Both the position numbers and the translations under genes were made by a program. From the NCBI RefSeq assembly GCF_007751035.1, contig NZ_CP036433.1:712437-776436 (forward strand): a stretch of DNA of 64,000 bases, written 5' to 3'. Positions within the stretch are counted from its first letter, which is position 1. Every line of letters begins with the position of its first letter. This document shows, piece by piece, positions 18,749 to 28,441 of the stretch. This DNA comes from Lignipirellula cremea (GTDB lineage: Bacteria; Planctomycetota; Planctomycetia; Pirellulales; Pirellulaceae). The notes beneath the pieces are model-generated. The model was not told where the DNA came from, ran no database searches, and saw only the letters and a list, made by a program, of their open reading frames with translations.

Positions 18749-20008
18749 TTACCGGAGCGGACTCCACACAGGCGCTTTGGCCTCTTTCACTTCCGGCTGG
18801 GACAGGCCCGGCGGCGGAGCGAGTAGTTGTTCGGCCGGGGGCGTCGGTTGCGCGGCCGGCAAGGCGGCCGGTTCTTGCACCAGGACCGACGCGGTCCTCG
18901 GAGACGCGGCTGCTGGTACGGGCGATGCAGCCGCTGGTAGCGGCTGGCCGGGGGCTCCAGGGAAGAGCGCGGCGGTCGGCAACGGGGTGACGGCGGAAGC
19001 CGGCTGCGTCTGGCCGTGGAACGGTGAACTGGGCGGCAAGTAGACGTCGTCGACGCCGGGTCGCGGCATCCAGCGGACCGAAGGACTGCCCGGCAAGGCG
19101 ATCGCCATGTCGAAGCGTGTTTCCAGCTGGCGCTGATCGTCGGTTTCAAATCGCAGGAACACGGCAAGGTCTTTCCCGTGAGGCGGATCGGCTGGCCAGG
19201 GCAGGTGCAAATGCACGCCGCGGCCGCGGAACGGATCCAGACGCAGCCGCTGCTCGATCTCGCTGGCTTCAAAATCCCAACGGGCCACGCGGGCCGCTTC
19301 CCCTTCCTGGCTGCGGTCCAGTACGACCACGCTCATGGAGCCCGGCGTCGGCACAAACAGGTCGTCGGCGTTGCGCGGCTCGATCACCAGGGCAAGCCCG
19401 TCATCACCGGCGCGGCGATCAAAGTCATGGCCGCCGCTGAGGCGTTTGTTGACCACGATATGCGTCACCCTGCGGTCGGTCGGCAAGGGCGCCGGTTTGG
19501 CGTCAACCTGCGACAGTTGCGGGGCCGGGATCAGTTCCGGTTCGCCGCGTCCGTCGTTCAGATTAGGGCCCAGGCCGTCGAGCACGTCGGGGCCGACCGG
19601 TTTCCCTTTATCGATATCGGGTCCGCGCAGATCGGGGGCCGGTACGGGACGGGTTGGTTCGGGTCGAGTCGGCTGGGGGCGGACCGGGGAAAGGTCGGGC
19701 AGCTCTTCTTCAAACGGAGTCTGGTCGGGGATGGTGATGTTGGGCGCGACGGCGGGAGGAGGATCGGCGGCCGGGGTCGGCTCGGCGGCGGTCCCTTTTT
19801 TGGCGACGGATTTCTCCAGCCGGGCCAGGCGTTCGTCCCGCAGCTTGACCTCGTACTCCATCTGATAGACGCGGTCTTCCAGAATGCGTTTTTCGGCGTT
19901 AACCGCTTCGATATAGAGGTCGCGTTTGGGGTCGCTCTTGCAACCGCAAAGCGCAGCGCAACTCCACAGAGCGGCGAACAACGCAAAACGGTACTGGTGA
20001 GCGGCCAT
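18749..20008 (-). CDS. proline-rich putative lipoprotein
   Basis: Signal peptide with Cys (FAALWSCAALCGC). Short coiled-coil, long Pro-rich low-complexity stretches, and a C-terminal globular region. Confidence 0.5.
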   Translation of the reverse strand: MAAHQYRFALFAALWSCAALCGCKSDPKRDLYIEAVNAEKRILEDRVYQMEYEVKLRDERLARLEKSVAKKGTAAEPTPAADPPPAVAPNITIPDQTPFEEELPDLSPVRPQPTRPEPTRPVPAPDLRGPDIDKGKPVGPDVLDGLGPNLNDGRGEPELIPAPQLSQVDAKPAPLPTDRRVTHIVVNKRLSGGHDFDRRAGDDGLALVIEPRNADDLFVPTPGSMSVVVLDRSQEGEAARVARWDFEASEIEQRLRLDPFRGRGVHLHLPWPADPPHGKDLAVFLRFETDDQRQLETRFDMAIALPGSPSVRWMPRPGVDDVYLPPSSPFHGQTQPASAVTPLPTAALFPGAPGQPLPAAASPVPAAASPRTASVLVQEPAALPAAQPTPPAEQLLAPPPGLSQPEVKEAKAPVWSPLR

Positions 20009-20239
20009 CCTTGGCCTCCGAACGAACGATCGCTGGGAAAACGACGCGCATCGTAGGGAAAAAGGAAAACCACGAGAAGAGCGGTTTTCCCGCGTCTTTA
20101 CCTTTTTCTGGCATTTTTCCCGGATTTCCGGGAAGTCAGCTTGCGCGAGGGGGAACGCGGTCCCTCAACCCTAACCGGGGGTGATTCACCGGGCGAAACG
20201 ATCGTCAGAAGCTGGCAGCGGTCACAAGGCCTGGCCGTG

Positions 20240-20440
20240 TTAACCGTGTTCCATACTCTGGGTGGGATCGACGGACGGGGGCTGGCGATTGGGGTCCTGC
20301 AGTTCGGCCCGCACCACGACCGCTCCGGGAGCCGTTTCGACTCCCAGACGCACGCCTGTGCTGGTTACCCGGACGACGGTGATCTGAATCTCATCGCCGA
20401 TTTGAATTCGCTCACCAACTTTGCGGCTGAGTACAAGCAT
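20240..20440 (-). CDS. csrA: carbon storage regulator CsrA homologue
   Basis: 66 aa MLVLSRKVGERIQIGDEIQITVVRVTSTGVRLGVETAPGAVVVRAEL matches the CsrA/RsmA consensus (MLILTRRVGE..I.IGD.I.V.VL...G..VRLG..AP..V.V.R.E). The ORF track extends it upstream spuriously. Confidence 0.75.
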   Translation of the reverse strand: MLVLSRKVGERIQIGDEIQITVVRVTSTGVRLGVETAPGAVVVRAELQDPNRQPPSVDPTQSMEHG

Positions 20441-20697
20441 TGTCGCCACACATAAAAAGAGGTGGAGGACCATCGCCAGATACAAAGTGACAGCGACAGT
20501 AGCGACCGCTGGTAAAGATAGCACTCCGCCAGGCCGGGAACAAGAGCTGAGCCTGGCCCGCTGGCAGTCGCGCGTTTTCAACCTGTCGCCGGAACGCAAG
20601 TTACGACGCTGAAAATTCCGTCACGGCGAACCTGTTGCGGCCCGTTTGCTCTACAATGGCGTCCTCTCAATTCCCTCCTTTCTGACATGCCCAAGCC

Positions 20698-22374
20698 ATG
20701 ACGAGCGAAGAATCCCAGTCCGGCGGCGAATCCGCCATTGAAGCAGCTCGCCGCGCCAAGCTGCAGCGCATTATCGAACTCGGCGTCGACCCCTATGGGG
20801 GACGGTTCGACGACCGGTTGTCGGTCGCCGATATCCGCGATTCGGCCTCCTCGGTCATTCTTCGCGGCGAATCGGGCGATACGCTCGACGTGCCCGAACT
20901 GGAAAAACGCGAGGAAGTTTCCGACGACGGCGAGGTAAAATCCCACTACGTGGTGGCCGTCGACGGCGAAGAAGTCGAGTTCCGCCAGTGGTTGTCGACC
21001 CAGGGCAAGGCTGAGTTCGTCGGCCCGACCGTACGGGCCGCCGGCCGGATTGTGCTGCAACGCGAACAGGGGAACCTGCGGTTTATCGATATCCAGGACT
21101 GGACCGGCCGCATCCAGTTGTTCATCGGCAAGAAGCAGGTCGGACCCGAGAACTGGGAGCTGATCAGGTGCCTGGACCTGGGCGACCTGATCGGCGTCGA
21201 CGGAGAACTCAAGCGGACCAAAACGGGCGAGCTGTCGATCTTCGCCACCGAAGTGCATGTGCTCTGCAAGACGCTTGACCCGCCGCCGGGCAAGCGGCAT
21301 GGCGTCAAGGACGCAGAAATGCGGCAGCGGATGCGGTACGTGGATCTGGCGTATTCGGAAGGCTCGCTCGACCGTTTCCTCAACCGCACGCGGATTGTGC
21401 AGTCGATTCGTCATACGCTGGCCGATACCGGATTCGTCGAAGTCGAAGGCCCCACGCTGCACACCATCGCCGGCGGGGCGGCCGCCCGACCGTTTGTCAC
21501 GCATCATAACGCGCTCGACATGAAGCTGTTCATGCGGATCGCGCTGGAGCTGCATCTGAAGCGGTTGCTGGTCGGCGGCGTGGAACGGGTGTACGAGCTG
21601 GGACGCGTCTATCGGAACGAGGGGATCAGCCCCCGGCACAATCCCGAGTTCACCATGCTGGAAGCGTACCAGGCGTACGGCGATTATCGCAGCATGATGG
21701 ACCTGACCGAGCGTCTTATCCTGGACGCGATCGACGCCATCGGCGCCCCGCGGCAGTTGCCCTGGGGGGAGAAGACGATCGACTTCTCGCCGCCGTTCGC
21801 CCGCCGTACGTACGACGAGCTGTTCGCCGAGAACACAGGCATCGATCCGCACGATGAAGAAGCCATCCGCACGCTGGCCGGCAAGATTGGTTTTGAAACG
21901 GCTGGGAAGCATGTTGATGTTATCAAGAATGAGATCTTCGAAGAAAAGGTCGAAGACGCGCTGGTCGGTCCGATCTTTGTGATCGACTACCCGGCCAGCA
22001 TCTGCCCTTTGACGAAGCGGAAAAAGGATAACCCGGCCGTCGCCGAGCGGTTTGAGCTGTTCATTCAAGGGATGGAGATCGCCAACGCCTATACGGAGCT
22101 GAACGATCCCGACCTGCAGCAGGAACTGTTTGAAACGCAGCTGGCGGGCCAGGCCGAAGAAGATTCGATGGCCAAAATGGACCACGACTTTATCCGCGCC
22201 CTGCGCAACGGCATGCCGCCCGCCGGCGGTCTGGGTGTCGGCATCGATCGGCTGGTGATGCTGCTGACCAATTCCCAGTCGATCCGCGATGTGATCCTGT
22301 TCCCCGTGCTGCGGCCCGAAGCGTCCTCCGCCCGGGCGGCGGAAGCGGAATCGGAAACGGCATCGGAAGAGTAA
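20698..22374 (+). CDS. lysS: lysine--tRNA ligase, class II
   Basis: Class II motifs (..FMRIALELHLKRLLVGG.ERVYELGRVYRNEG.S.RHNPEFTMLE..; GLGVGIDRLVMLL) and an N-terminal anticodon-binding OB domain. Confidence 0.9.
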   Translation: MTSEESQSGGESAIEAARRAKLQRIIELGVDPYGGRFDDRLSVADIRDSASSVILRGESGDTLDVPELEKREEVSDDGEVKSHYVVAVDGEEVEFRQWLSTQGKAEFVGPTVRAAGRIVLQREQGNLRFIDIQDWTGRIQLFIGKKQVGPENWELIRCLDLGDLIGVDGELKRTKTGELSIFATEVHVLCKTLDPPPGKRHGVKDAEMRQRMRYVDLAYSEGSLDRFLNRTRIVQSIRHTLADTGFVEVEGPTLHTIAGGAAARPFVTHHNALDMKLFMRIALELHLKRLLVGGVERVYELGRVYRNEGISPRHNPEFTMLEAYQAYGDYRSMMDLTERLILDAIDAIGAPRQLPWGEKTIDFSPPFARRTYDELFAENTGIDPHDEEAIRTLAGKIGFETAGKHVDVIKNEIFEEKVEDALVGPIFVIDYPASICPLTKRKKDNPAVAERFELFIQGMEIANAYTELNDPDLQQELFETQLAGQAEEDSMAKMDHDFIRALRNGMPPAGGLGVGIDRLVMLLTNSQSIRDVILFPVLRPEASSARAAEAESETASEE

Positions 22375-22429
22375 GCGTCCTGCCGCAGGGATGCCTGGCG
22401 TTCCTGCGGTCCTTCCGCGAGTAACGCTG

Positions 22430-23086
22430 ATGATCGTCACGATCGATGGACCCGCCGGCGCCGGCAAAAGCACCGTCGCCCGACTGCTGGCGGAGCGGTT
22501 AGGTTTCTCCTTTCTGAATACGGGCGCCATGTACCGGGCGGTTGCTCTGGCCGCCATGCAGGCCGGCGTGGACTGGGACGACGCCGCCGGGCTGGCCGCG
22601 CTGGCCGCCCGCATCGACCTGCAGGTGGAAGAGGACCAGGTCTGGCTGGACGGTCGCGATGTCAGCCGCGAGATCCGCTCGGGCGACGTCACCCGTAACA
22701 CGCGTCATGTGGCCGACCACGGCGGTATTCGCGGGCAACTGGTCGAGCTGCAGCGAAAGCTGGCCTCGGGCGGCGACTATGTGACCGACGGCCGGGATCA
22801 GGGCACGGTCGCCTTTCCCGATGCGGCCTGCAAATTCTTTCTGACGGCCTCGCCCGCGGAACGCGCCCGGCGGCGACAACAGGACCTCGAGAAGCAGGGG
22901 GTCGCCATGCCGCTGGAGCAGCTGGTGCAGGAGCAAACGGTGCGCGACGACCAGGATACGGCGCGTCCTGTCGGGGCGTTAAAGAAAGCGACCGACGCCA
23001 TCGAACTGGAGACCGACGACCTGACCCTGGCCGAAGTGGTCGATCAACTGGAAGCGATCGTCCGCCGCCAGATGACCGCCGAATGA
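22430..23086 (+). CDS. cmk: cytidylate kinase
   Basis: MIVTIDGPAGAGKSTVARLLAERLGFSFLNTGAMYRAV is the Cmk signature. Follows lysS. Confidence 0.85.
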   Translation: MIVTIDGPAGAGKSTVARLLAERLGFSFLNTGAMYRAVALAAMQAGVDWDDAAGLAALAARIDLQVEEDQVWLDGRDVSREIRSGDVTRNTRHVADHGGIRGQLVELQRKLASGGDYVTDGRDQGTVAFPDAACKFFLTASPAERARRRQQDLEKQGVAMPLEQLVQEQTVRDDQDTARPVGALKKATDAIELETDDLTLAEVVDQLEAIVRRQMTAE

Positions 23087-23219
23087 ACCGGTCAGGGGGA
23101 GCGTCCCAGCGCTGGTGGACACCTGCGTTAAGCGTCATTATAACGACCAGAAGAGATTCGTCCGGAACTTGCACCAGGTATCGCGGCGGGCGCACGGATG
23201 TCCGAGTTGAGGCCAGATC

Positions 23220-25433
23220 ATGAAACCCCTGCGATTGAAAAACTGCCAGCGCGATATCCAGGCGTCGCGCGATGCGGCAGGCGTACCGCACCTGCAGGCC
23301 GCCAACTGGCTGGACGCGGTGTACGGCCTGGGCTTTCTCCACGCCATCGACCGCGGCACGCAGATGCTGTTCTCGCGGAGCGTCGCCCAAGGCACGGCCG
23401 CCGCCGATATTTCGGGCAGCAGCGAGCTGCTGGAAACGGACCATTTTTTTCGCCGCCTGGGGCTCGGCCGGCTGGGGGAAAGCGAAGCCGAAGCCCTGTC
23501 GGAAAACACTCGCGAGCAGCTCCAGGCGTATTGCCAGGGGGTGAACGACGGCATCGCCGGAGTAGGCCGAACGCTGCCGATCTGGGCGACTGGTTTTCAG
23601 ATTACTCCCTGGCAGCCCAGTTCGGTCCTGCTGGTGGGGCAGCTGCTGTCGTTCGGCGGACTGGCCGTCAGTCAGATGCAGAACGAGCGGCTGCTGATCG
23701 ATCTGATCCATGCAGGCGCCAGCGAGGAAGGGCTGAAAGAGCTGTTCACGCCGCATCTGGACGACGTCGATTTTGAGCTCTTGCGGCAAGTGAAGATGGC
23801 CAGCCAGCTGTCCGACGACGCGTTAGAGGTGCTGATCGATCTGCCGCGTCTGGCGGGGAGCAACGCCTGGGCTGTGCGGCCCCAACGGAGCGCCTCGGGC
23901 GGGGCGATGCTGGCGTCGGATCCGCACCTGGAGATTAACCGCCTGCCCGCCATCTGGTACGAAGCGGTCGTGCGGTACGGCGATCGTTATGTGATGGGCG
24001 CCACGCTTCCCGGCTGTCCGCTGTTTGCGGTCGCCCGGACCGAACGGCTGGCCTGGGGCGTGACGTACATGAAGGGGGATACGGTCGACTTTTTCGTCGA
24101 GGATTGTCGCCGTACCGATGACGGAGTCTGGCAGTATCGTCGTGAGCAGGAATGGGAAGACTTTACCGTTCGAGAAGAGATCATCCAGCGCAAAGGCGGC
24201 GCTTCGGAAACACTGCTGGCCTACGAGAATCCGCAGGGCGTGCTCGACAGCAATCCGGACGAACGCGGTCCCGGCTATCATCTGTCGATTGCCTGGACCG
24301 GCAACAACGCGGGCTCTGGCGCCGCCATTGCTTCCTGGCTGGACGTGCTGTCGGCTGAAGACGCCGCCGCCGGGATGGAGATCGTCCGCGAGTGCACACA
24401 GCCAACGCTGTGCTGGGTCTTTGCCGATCGCGAGGGACACATCGGTCTGCAGTCGTGCGGCCGCTTTCCGATCCGCGGCGGCGGGCATACGGGCCTCACG
24501 CCCATTCCGGCCTGGGATCCGGCCAACCACTGGCAAGGGTTTCATCCGACTTCGATCCTGCCCCGCATCTATGATCCGCCTGAAGGCTTTGTCGCCACGG
24601 CGAATGAGAACATCAACCCGCCCGGCGGTCCGATGTTCTGCACCCAGATTTTGCCCGGCTATCGGAAGCGACGAATCGACGAACGGCTGCAGCAGCTGGA
24701 TCACGCCACGCTGAACGATATGCAAAGCCTGCAGTACGACCTGATCAGCCTGCAGGCGTCGGACCTGGTCGCCTTGTTCCTGCCGCACTTGCCGGAAGGG
24801 AAACTGAAGGAACGTTTGTCCGGCTGGAATTTTTCGTTCCACCCCACCAGCCAGGAAGCCCCGCTGTTCCAGTCGCTATACCGGAACGTGCTGGTGGAAA
24901 TTTTCGGCCACGAGGAAGGCATCGGCTGGCGGCGGATGGTGTACCTGTGCTCCCGGGCCGGTTTCTCTGGCATGGTGGTCGCCGCGATCGATCGACTGCT
25001 GCACCAGGAAAAGTCCTGCTGGTGGCGCGTCCGCGACAAAGGGAGCATGATCCACGACGCCGCCCTGCGGGTCGACGCCGACGCCAAAATCACCTGGGCC
25101 GATGTCAACTACTTCCACTTTACCGACCGTTATTTTGGCAGCCACCAGGTAGGGCGGTTGTTCGGCTTTAACAGCCGGCAGTACCCCATGCCGGGCCACC
25201 ACGCCACGCCGTTCCAGGGCCACGTGCTGCAGACGGCCAAGCGGGAATCGACCTTCGCCCCTAGCTATCATTTTGTGACGGACCTGTCGACCGACTGGGC
25301 CGCAACCAACATGCCCGGCGGCCCCAGCGAAAGCCGCTTCTCCCGGTACTACAACATCGACGTCCCGCGCTGGTTCAGCGGCGAATACAAAAAACTCCAC
25401 GGCCAGCCTGAGCCGGACAGCCCGCCGGCCTGA
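23220..25433 (+). CDS. penicillin acylase family Ntn-hydrolase (AHL-acylase-like)
   Basis: PRLAGSNAWAV contains the beta-subunit N-terminal nucleophile Ser. Family-wide similarity (..DPHLEINRLPAIWYE.., ..GFVATANENINPPG..). Confidence 0.85.
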   Translation: MKPLRLKNCQRDIQASRDAAGVPHLQAANWLDAVYGLGFLHAIDRGTQMLFSRSVAQGTAAADISGSSELLETDHFFRRLGLGRLGESEAEALSENTREQLQAYCQGVNDGIAGVGRTLPIWATGFQITPWQPSSVLLVGQLLSFGGLAVSQMQNERLLIDLIHAGASEEGLKELFTPHLDDVDFELLRQVKMASQLSDDALEVLIDLPRLAGSNAWAVRPQRSASGGAMLASDPHLEINRLPAIWYEAVVRYGDRYVMGATLPGCPLFAVARTERLAWGVTYMKGDTVDFFVEDCRRTDDGVWQYRREQEWEDFTVREEIIQRKGGASETLLAYENPQGVLDSNPDERGPGYHLSIAWTGNNAGSGAAIASWLDVLSAEDAAAGMEIVRECTQPTLCWVFADREGHIGLQSCGRFPIRGGGHTGLTPIPAWDPANHWQGFHPTSILPRIYDPPEGFVATANENINPPGGPMFCTQILPGYRKRRIDERLQQLDHATLNDMQSLQYDLISLQASDLVALFLPHLPEGKLKERLSGWNFSFHPTSQEAPLFQSLYRNVLVEIFGHEEGIGWRRMVYLCSRAGFSGMVVAAIDRLLHQEKSCWWRVRDKGSMIHDAALRVDADAKITWADVNYFHFTDRYFGSHQVGRLFGFNSRQYPMPGHHATPFQGHVLQTAKRESTFAPSYHFVTDLSTDWAATNMPGGPSESRFSRYYNIDVPRWFSGEYKKLHGQPEPDSPPA

Positions 25434-25632
25434 TGTCTTCCTCAGGCCGGCCAGACCCGTCTCCCGTCGAGAGCTGTGGCGAGCAGAAGCAGGACGTCTT
25501 CCTGCGCACGGGGCCTTCTCATCGCGACTGGCGTTTGCTTCTGACGCTCGCTTCCCTTTGAAAAGCGGGCTCGCTGTGGTACCCTCGGCGGACAAGGCCG
25601 ACGCACGATTCTCGTCATGGGAAAGGCATACC

Positions 25633-26202
25633 ATGCTGTACGAAGTGGAGCAAAAGTTTCGCGTGGCCGATATGAGCGCGGTCGAAAAACGCCTGCTCGA
25701 TATGGGAGCCCAGCTGGCCGCCCCGATCATGCAGACCGATATCTATCTGGCCCATCCTTGCCGTGATTTCTCGGCGACCGATGAGGCTTTTCGCCTGCGC
25801 GTGGTGGGAGCCCGGAATTATCTGACCTACAAAGGGCCGAAGATTGACTCGCTCACCAAGACCCGCCGGGAACTGGAACTGCCGCTCCTGGAAGGGCCGC
25901 GGCATGCCGGACAGGTGACCGAACTGCTGGACGCACTCGGTTTTGTCAGGGTGGGCGAAGTCCGCAAAAGCCGTCGCATCGCCATGACGCCCTGGAAGGG
26001 CCAGACCGTCGAAGTCTCGCTCGACGAGGTCGCCGGCGCCGGCGACTTTGTCGAACTGGAATTGTCGGCCGACGATGATTCCCTGAACGAAGCCCGGCAA
26101 ACCCTCAGCGAACTTGCCGCCGCCTTGTCGCTGACCGAAAACGAACGCCGCAGCTACCTGGAGCTGATCCTGCTGCAGGGGATCAGCGACGCCCGCGAGT
26201 AG
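25633..26202 (+). CDS. CYTH-domain protein (class IV adenylyl cyclase / triphosphatase fold)
   Basis: N-terminal YEVEQKFRV motif and acidic residue pattern of CYTH. Confidence 0.65.
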   Translation: MLYEVEQKFRVADMSAVEKRLLDMGAQLAAPIMQTDIYLAHPCRDFSATDEAFRLRVVGARNYLTYKGPKIDSLTKTRRELELPLLEGPRHAGQVTELLDALGFVRVGEVRKSRRIAMTPWKGQTVEVSLDEVAGAGDFVELELSADDDSLNEARQTLSELAAALSLTENERRSYLELILLQGISDARE

Positions 26203-26281
26203 AATCCGGCAAATCTCTGGCCAGGCCAAATCACCGCATTCTCCCGGATCGCCTGGCCGCGTCAACCTGCTTCCCCTGCGC

Positions 26282-26887
26282 TTACCACACGCCAGGCAGC
26301 AGGCGCCAGGCGACCTGCCGGGTGTACTCGCGATAGTCGCTTTGTTCGCACAGCAGACGCTCTTCGACCCGAATCCGGGCGGCCAGACAGGGGATCAGTA
26401 CGACCAGGCAGAAGGCCGAGAGAAGATGGGGGCCGGCCGTGAAGCAGGCGAACACCAGCAATAACTCGGCCGCATACGCTGGGTGCCGCAGGAAGCGGTA
26501 AGGCCCTCGCGAGACGACGCCGCGGACCGCCGGGAAAATGGCGAAGCAGCGACCCAGCTGCAGCAACGAAGTAATCGCCGCCGCCGACCCGATGGTAAAC
26601 AGGGCCGTAGCGTACCACGGCCATTCCAGCGGAGCCGGGGCCAGCCTGAAGGCCATCCCGCCCGCCAGGAAAGAAGGCAACGCCAGCAGGATATCCCGCC
26701 AGGAACTATCGCGCACCAGCGGCCGCCGCGTCAGAAACAGCATGCCAACGCACAGATTCAAGGCGGCGATACACAAACGTACCGTCGTAAACCTCGCACC
26801 GGGCGTTTCCCACAGGAGCCCCTGCACGCTCCAGAAAATGGCGCTCAGTCCCAGTGCGGCATTCAACAGTCGCTCATCCCAGCGCAA
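26282..26887 (-). CDS. isoprenylcysteine carboxyl methyltransferase / phospholipid methyltransferase family membrane protein
   Basis: Multi-pass membrane protein with the C-terminal motif GPYRFLRHPAYAAELL. Confidence 0.6.
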   Translation of the reverse strand: MRWDERLLNAALGLSAIFWSVQGLLWETPGARFTTVRLCIAALNLCVGMLFLTRRPLVRDSSWRDILLALPSFLAGGMAFRLAPAPLEWPWYATALFTIGSAAAITSLLQLGRCFAIFPAVRGVVSRGPYRFLRHPAYAAELLLVFACFTAGPHLLSAFCLVVLIPCLAARIRVEERLLCEQSDYREYTRQVAWRLLPGVW

Positions 26888-27258
26888 TAGTGGGGTGGTC
26901 GACCGATTCTGCTCAATAGAAATAATACCCCCAGCCGAAAAAATAGCTCAACACATTGAGCAAGAGAACGATCCCGATCATCACCACAAAACCCATGATG
27001 CGTCCACCCCCTTCGTCCATCTGTTTGCCCTCACTATCTAGCGCTGCGGTACTGCTCCTGGGGGAGCATTGTGGAAGATTCTCGCCCATTATTCCTGGGA
27101 TTTGCTCGCTGTCAAACAAATTAACGGAACCATCTTCTGCCGGGTGCGCAGGTCCTGCAAAATGAGGGGTTCTGGCGGCGAAATTTTTTGAGAAAACGCC
27201 GAAACGCTCGCGCCGGATCCCGCAGAATCCCGGACGCGAACGTGATACTCGGTCGGTG

Positions 27259-28401
27259 TTAATCTACCTTCTTGACCGCGCCAAAGGCCACATCAGAGAA
27301 GCCTTGGGCGCCGCCGGTGGCGTCCTTGTGCGGGGTAAACGTATAGACTTCCTGCCAGGTTTTCCCGCCGTCGGCGCTGCGCAGGATCGAGTTACGTTTC
27401 CGACTGACGTTGATCAGCGTTCCCTGGTCCGACTCCGCGATCCGGCCGCTGGGCGTATCGGCCGGTAGGTCCCGCCAGGTGACGCCGTCTTTGCTGGCTT
27501 TGGACGTCTCGCCCGTAACCCAGAATTCATCGCCGACAATCGACATGCCAAACGAGCGACTGACGGGACGCTTCACCCCCAGCGGATGCGCCTGCCAGGT
27601 CATGCCGCCGTCGACGCTGCGCAGGGCCGTTTCCCCTTCCCCTTTGACGATCAGAAAAACGTTCCCTTTGGCGATAATCCCTTTCGCGCCCAACCCTTCC
27701 CAGGGCTCGGCCACGACCCTCATCGGCGTCCAGGTTTTACCCAGGTCGTCGGACAGCACGCCCGGCCCCAGGTCGCCGATGACGATCACCCGCTGACCGC
27801 CTTCATATTCGCCGCAGGCCAGCGAAGGATGTCCCAGGTCGACTTTGACCCGTTCGCCGGCGGCGTCGCGAAAGCCATAAGCGGAAGACTGGAACCAGGT
27901 TTTTCCAAAGTCGGGCGTCGCTTCCAGCGGCATGATGAAGGAACCTTGCACGCCCAGCAACTCCATCGTGGTGCGCATATCGTACGGATTGTCGCCGCGG
28001 CCCGGCTTGCGCGAACCATCGGTCAGATGTCGCCAGTTCTCGCCGTCTTCCGACGCCAGGATCGTACCCGGCGCGCCCCAGCCCGAAGCGATCGCAAACA
28101 CGCCGCCCGTGTAAGCGACCGAATTCCACACCGCCCAGCGGCCATGATCGCCGCATGGATGCGCGTAGAAGACGGGCTTCCACGTTTTGCCGTCGTCACG
28201 ACTGGCGACCACATTCATGCCGTGGCCGGCCGCCACAAACACGCCTTCTTCCGGCATCGGCTGGAAGTTGCCGCCCAGCGGAATCTCCGCGCGGAACTTT
28301 TCCTGCTCGGCCGCCTGCTCAGGCGTTTCGGCGGCGCCAAGGGGCGACAGGCAGCCCATCAACAACAAGGCCAGCAGTCCGGCCAACGGGTATCGCTTCA
28401 T
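27259..28401 (-). CDS. BNR/Asp-box repeat protein (sialidase-like beta-propeller), secreted
   Basis: Signal peptide MKRYPLAGLLALLLMGC. Multiple Asp-box repeats S.DGGKTW (SRDDGKTW, SEDGENW, SDDLGKTW, SVDGGMTW, SADGGKTW). Confidence 0.6.
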   Translation of the reverse strand: MKRYPLAGLLALLLMGCLSPLGAAETPEQAAEQEKFRAEIPLGGNFQPMPEEGVFVAAGHGMNVVASRDDGKTWKPVFYAHPCGDHGRWAVWNSVAYTGGVFAIASGWGAPGTILASEDGENWRHLTDGSRKPGRGDNPYDMRTTMELLGVQGSFIMPLEATPDFGKTWFQSSAYGFRDAAGERVKVDLGHPSLACGEYEGGQRVIVIGDLGPGVLSDDLGKTWTPMRVVAEPWEGLGAKGIIAKGNVFLIVKGEGETALRSVDGGMTWQAHPLGVKRPVSRSFGMSIVGDEFWVTGETSKASKDGVTWRDLPADTPSGRIAESDQGTLINVSRKRNSILRSADGGKTWQEVYTFTPHKDATGGAQGFSDVAFGAVKKVD

Positions 28402-28441
28402 TGGTTTTCCTTCTACGTTCAAGGGTTCAGGGCAAAATATT

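Noticed and set aside
20578-22701. 707-aa minus-strand ORF
   Set aside because: Antisense to lysS and cmk; no domain signatures.
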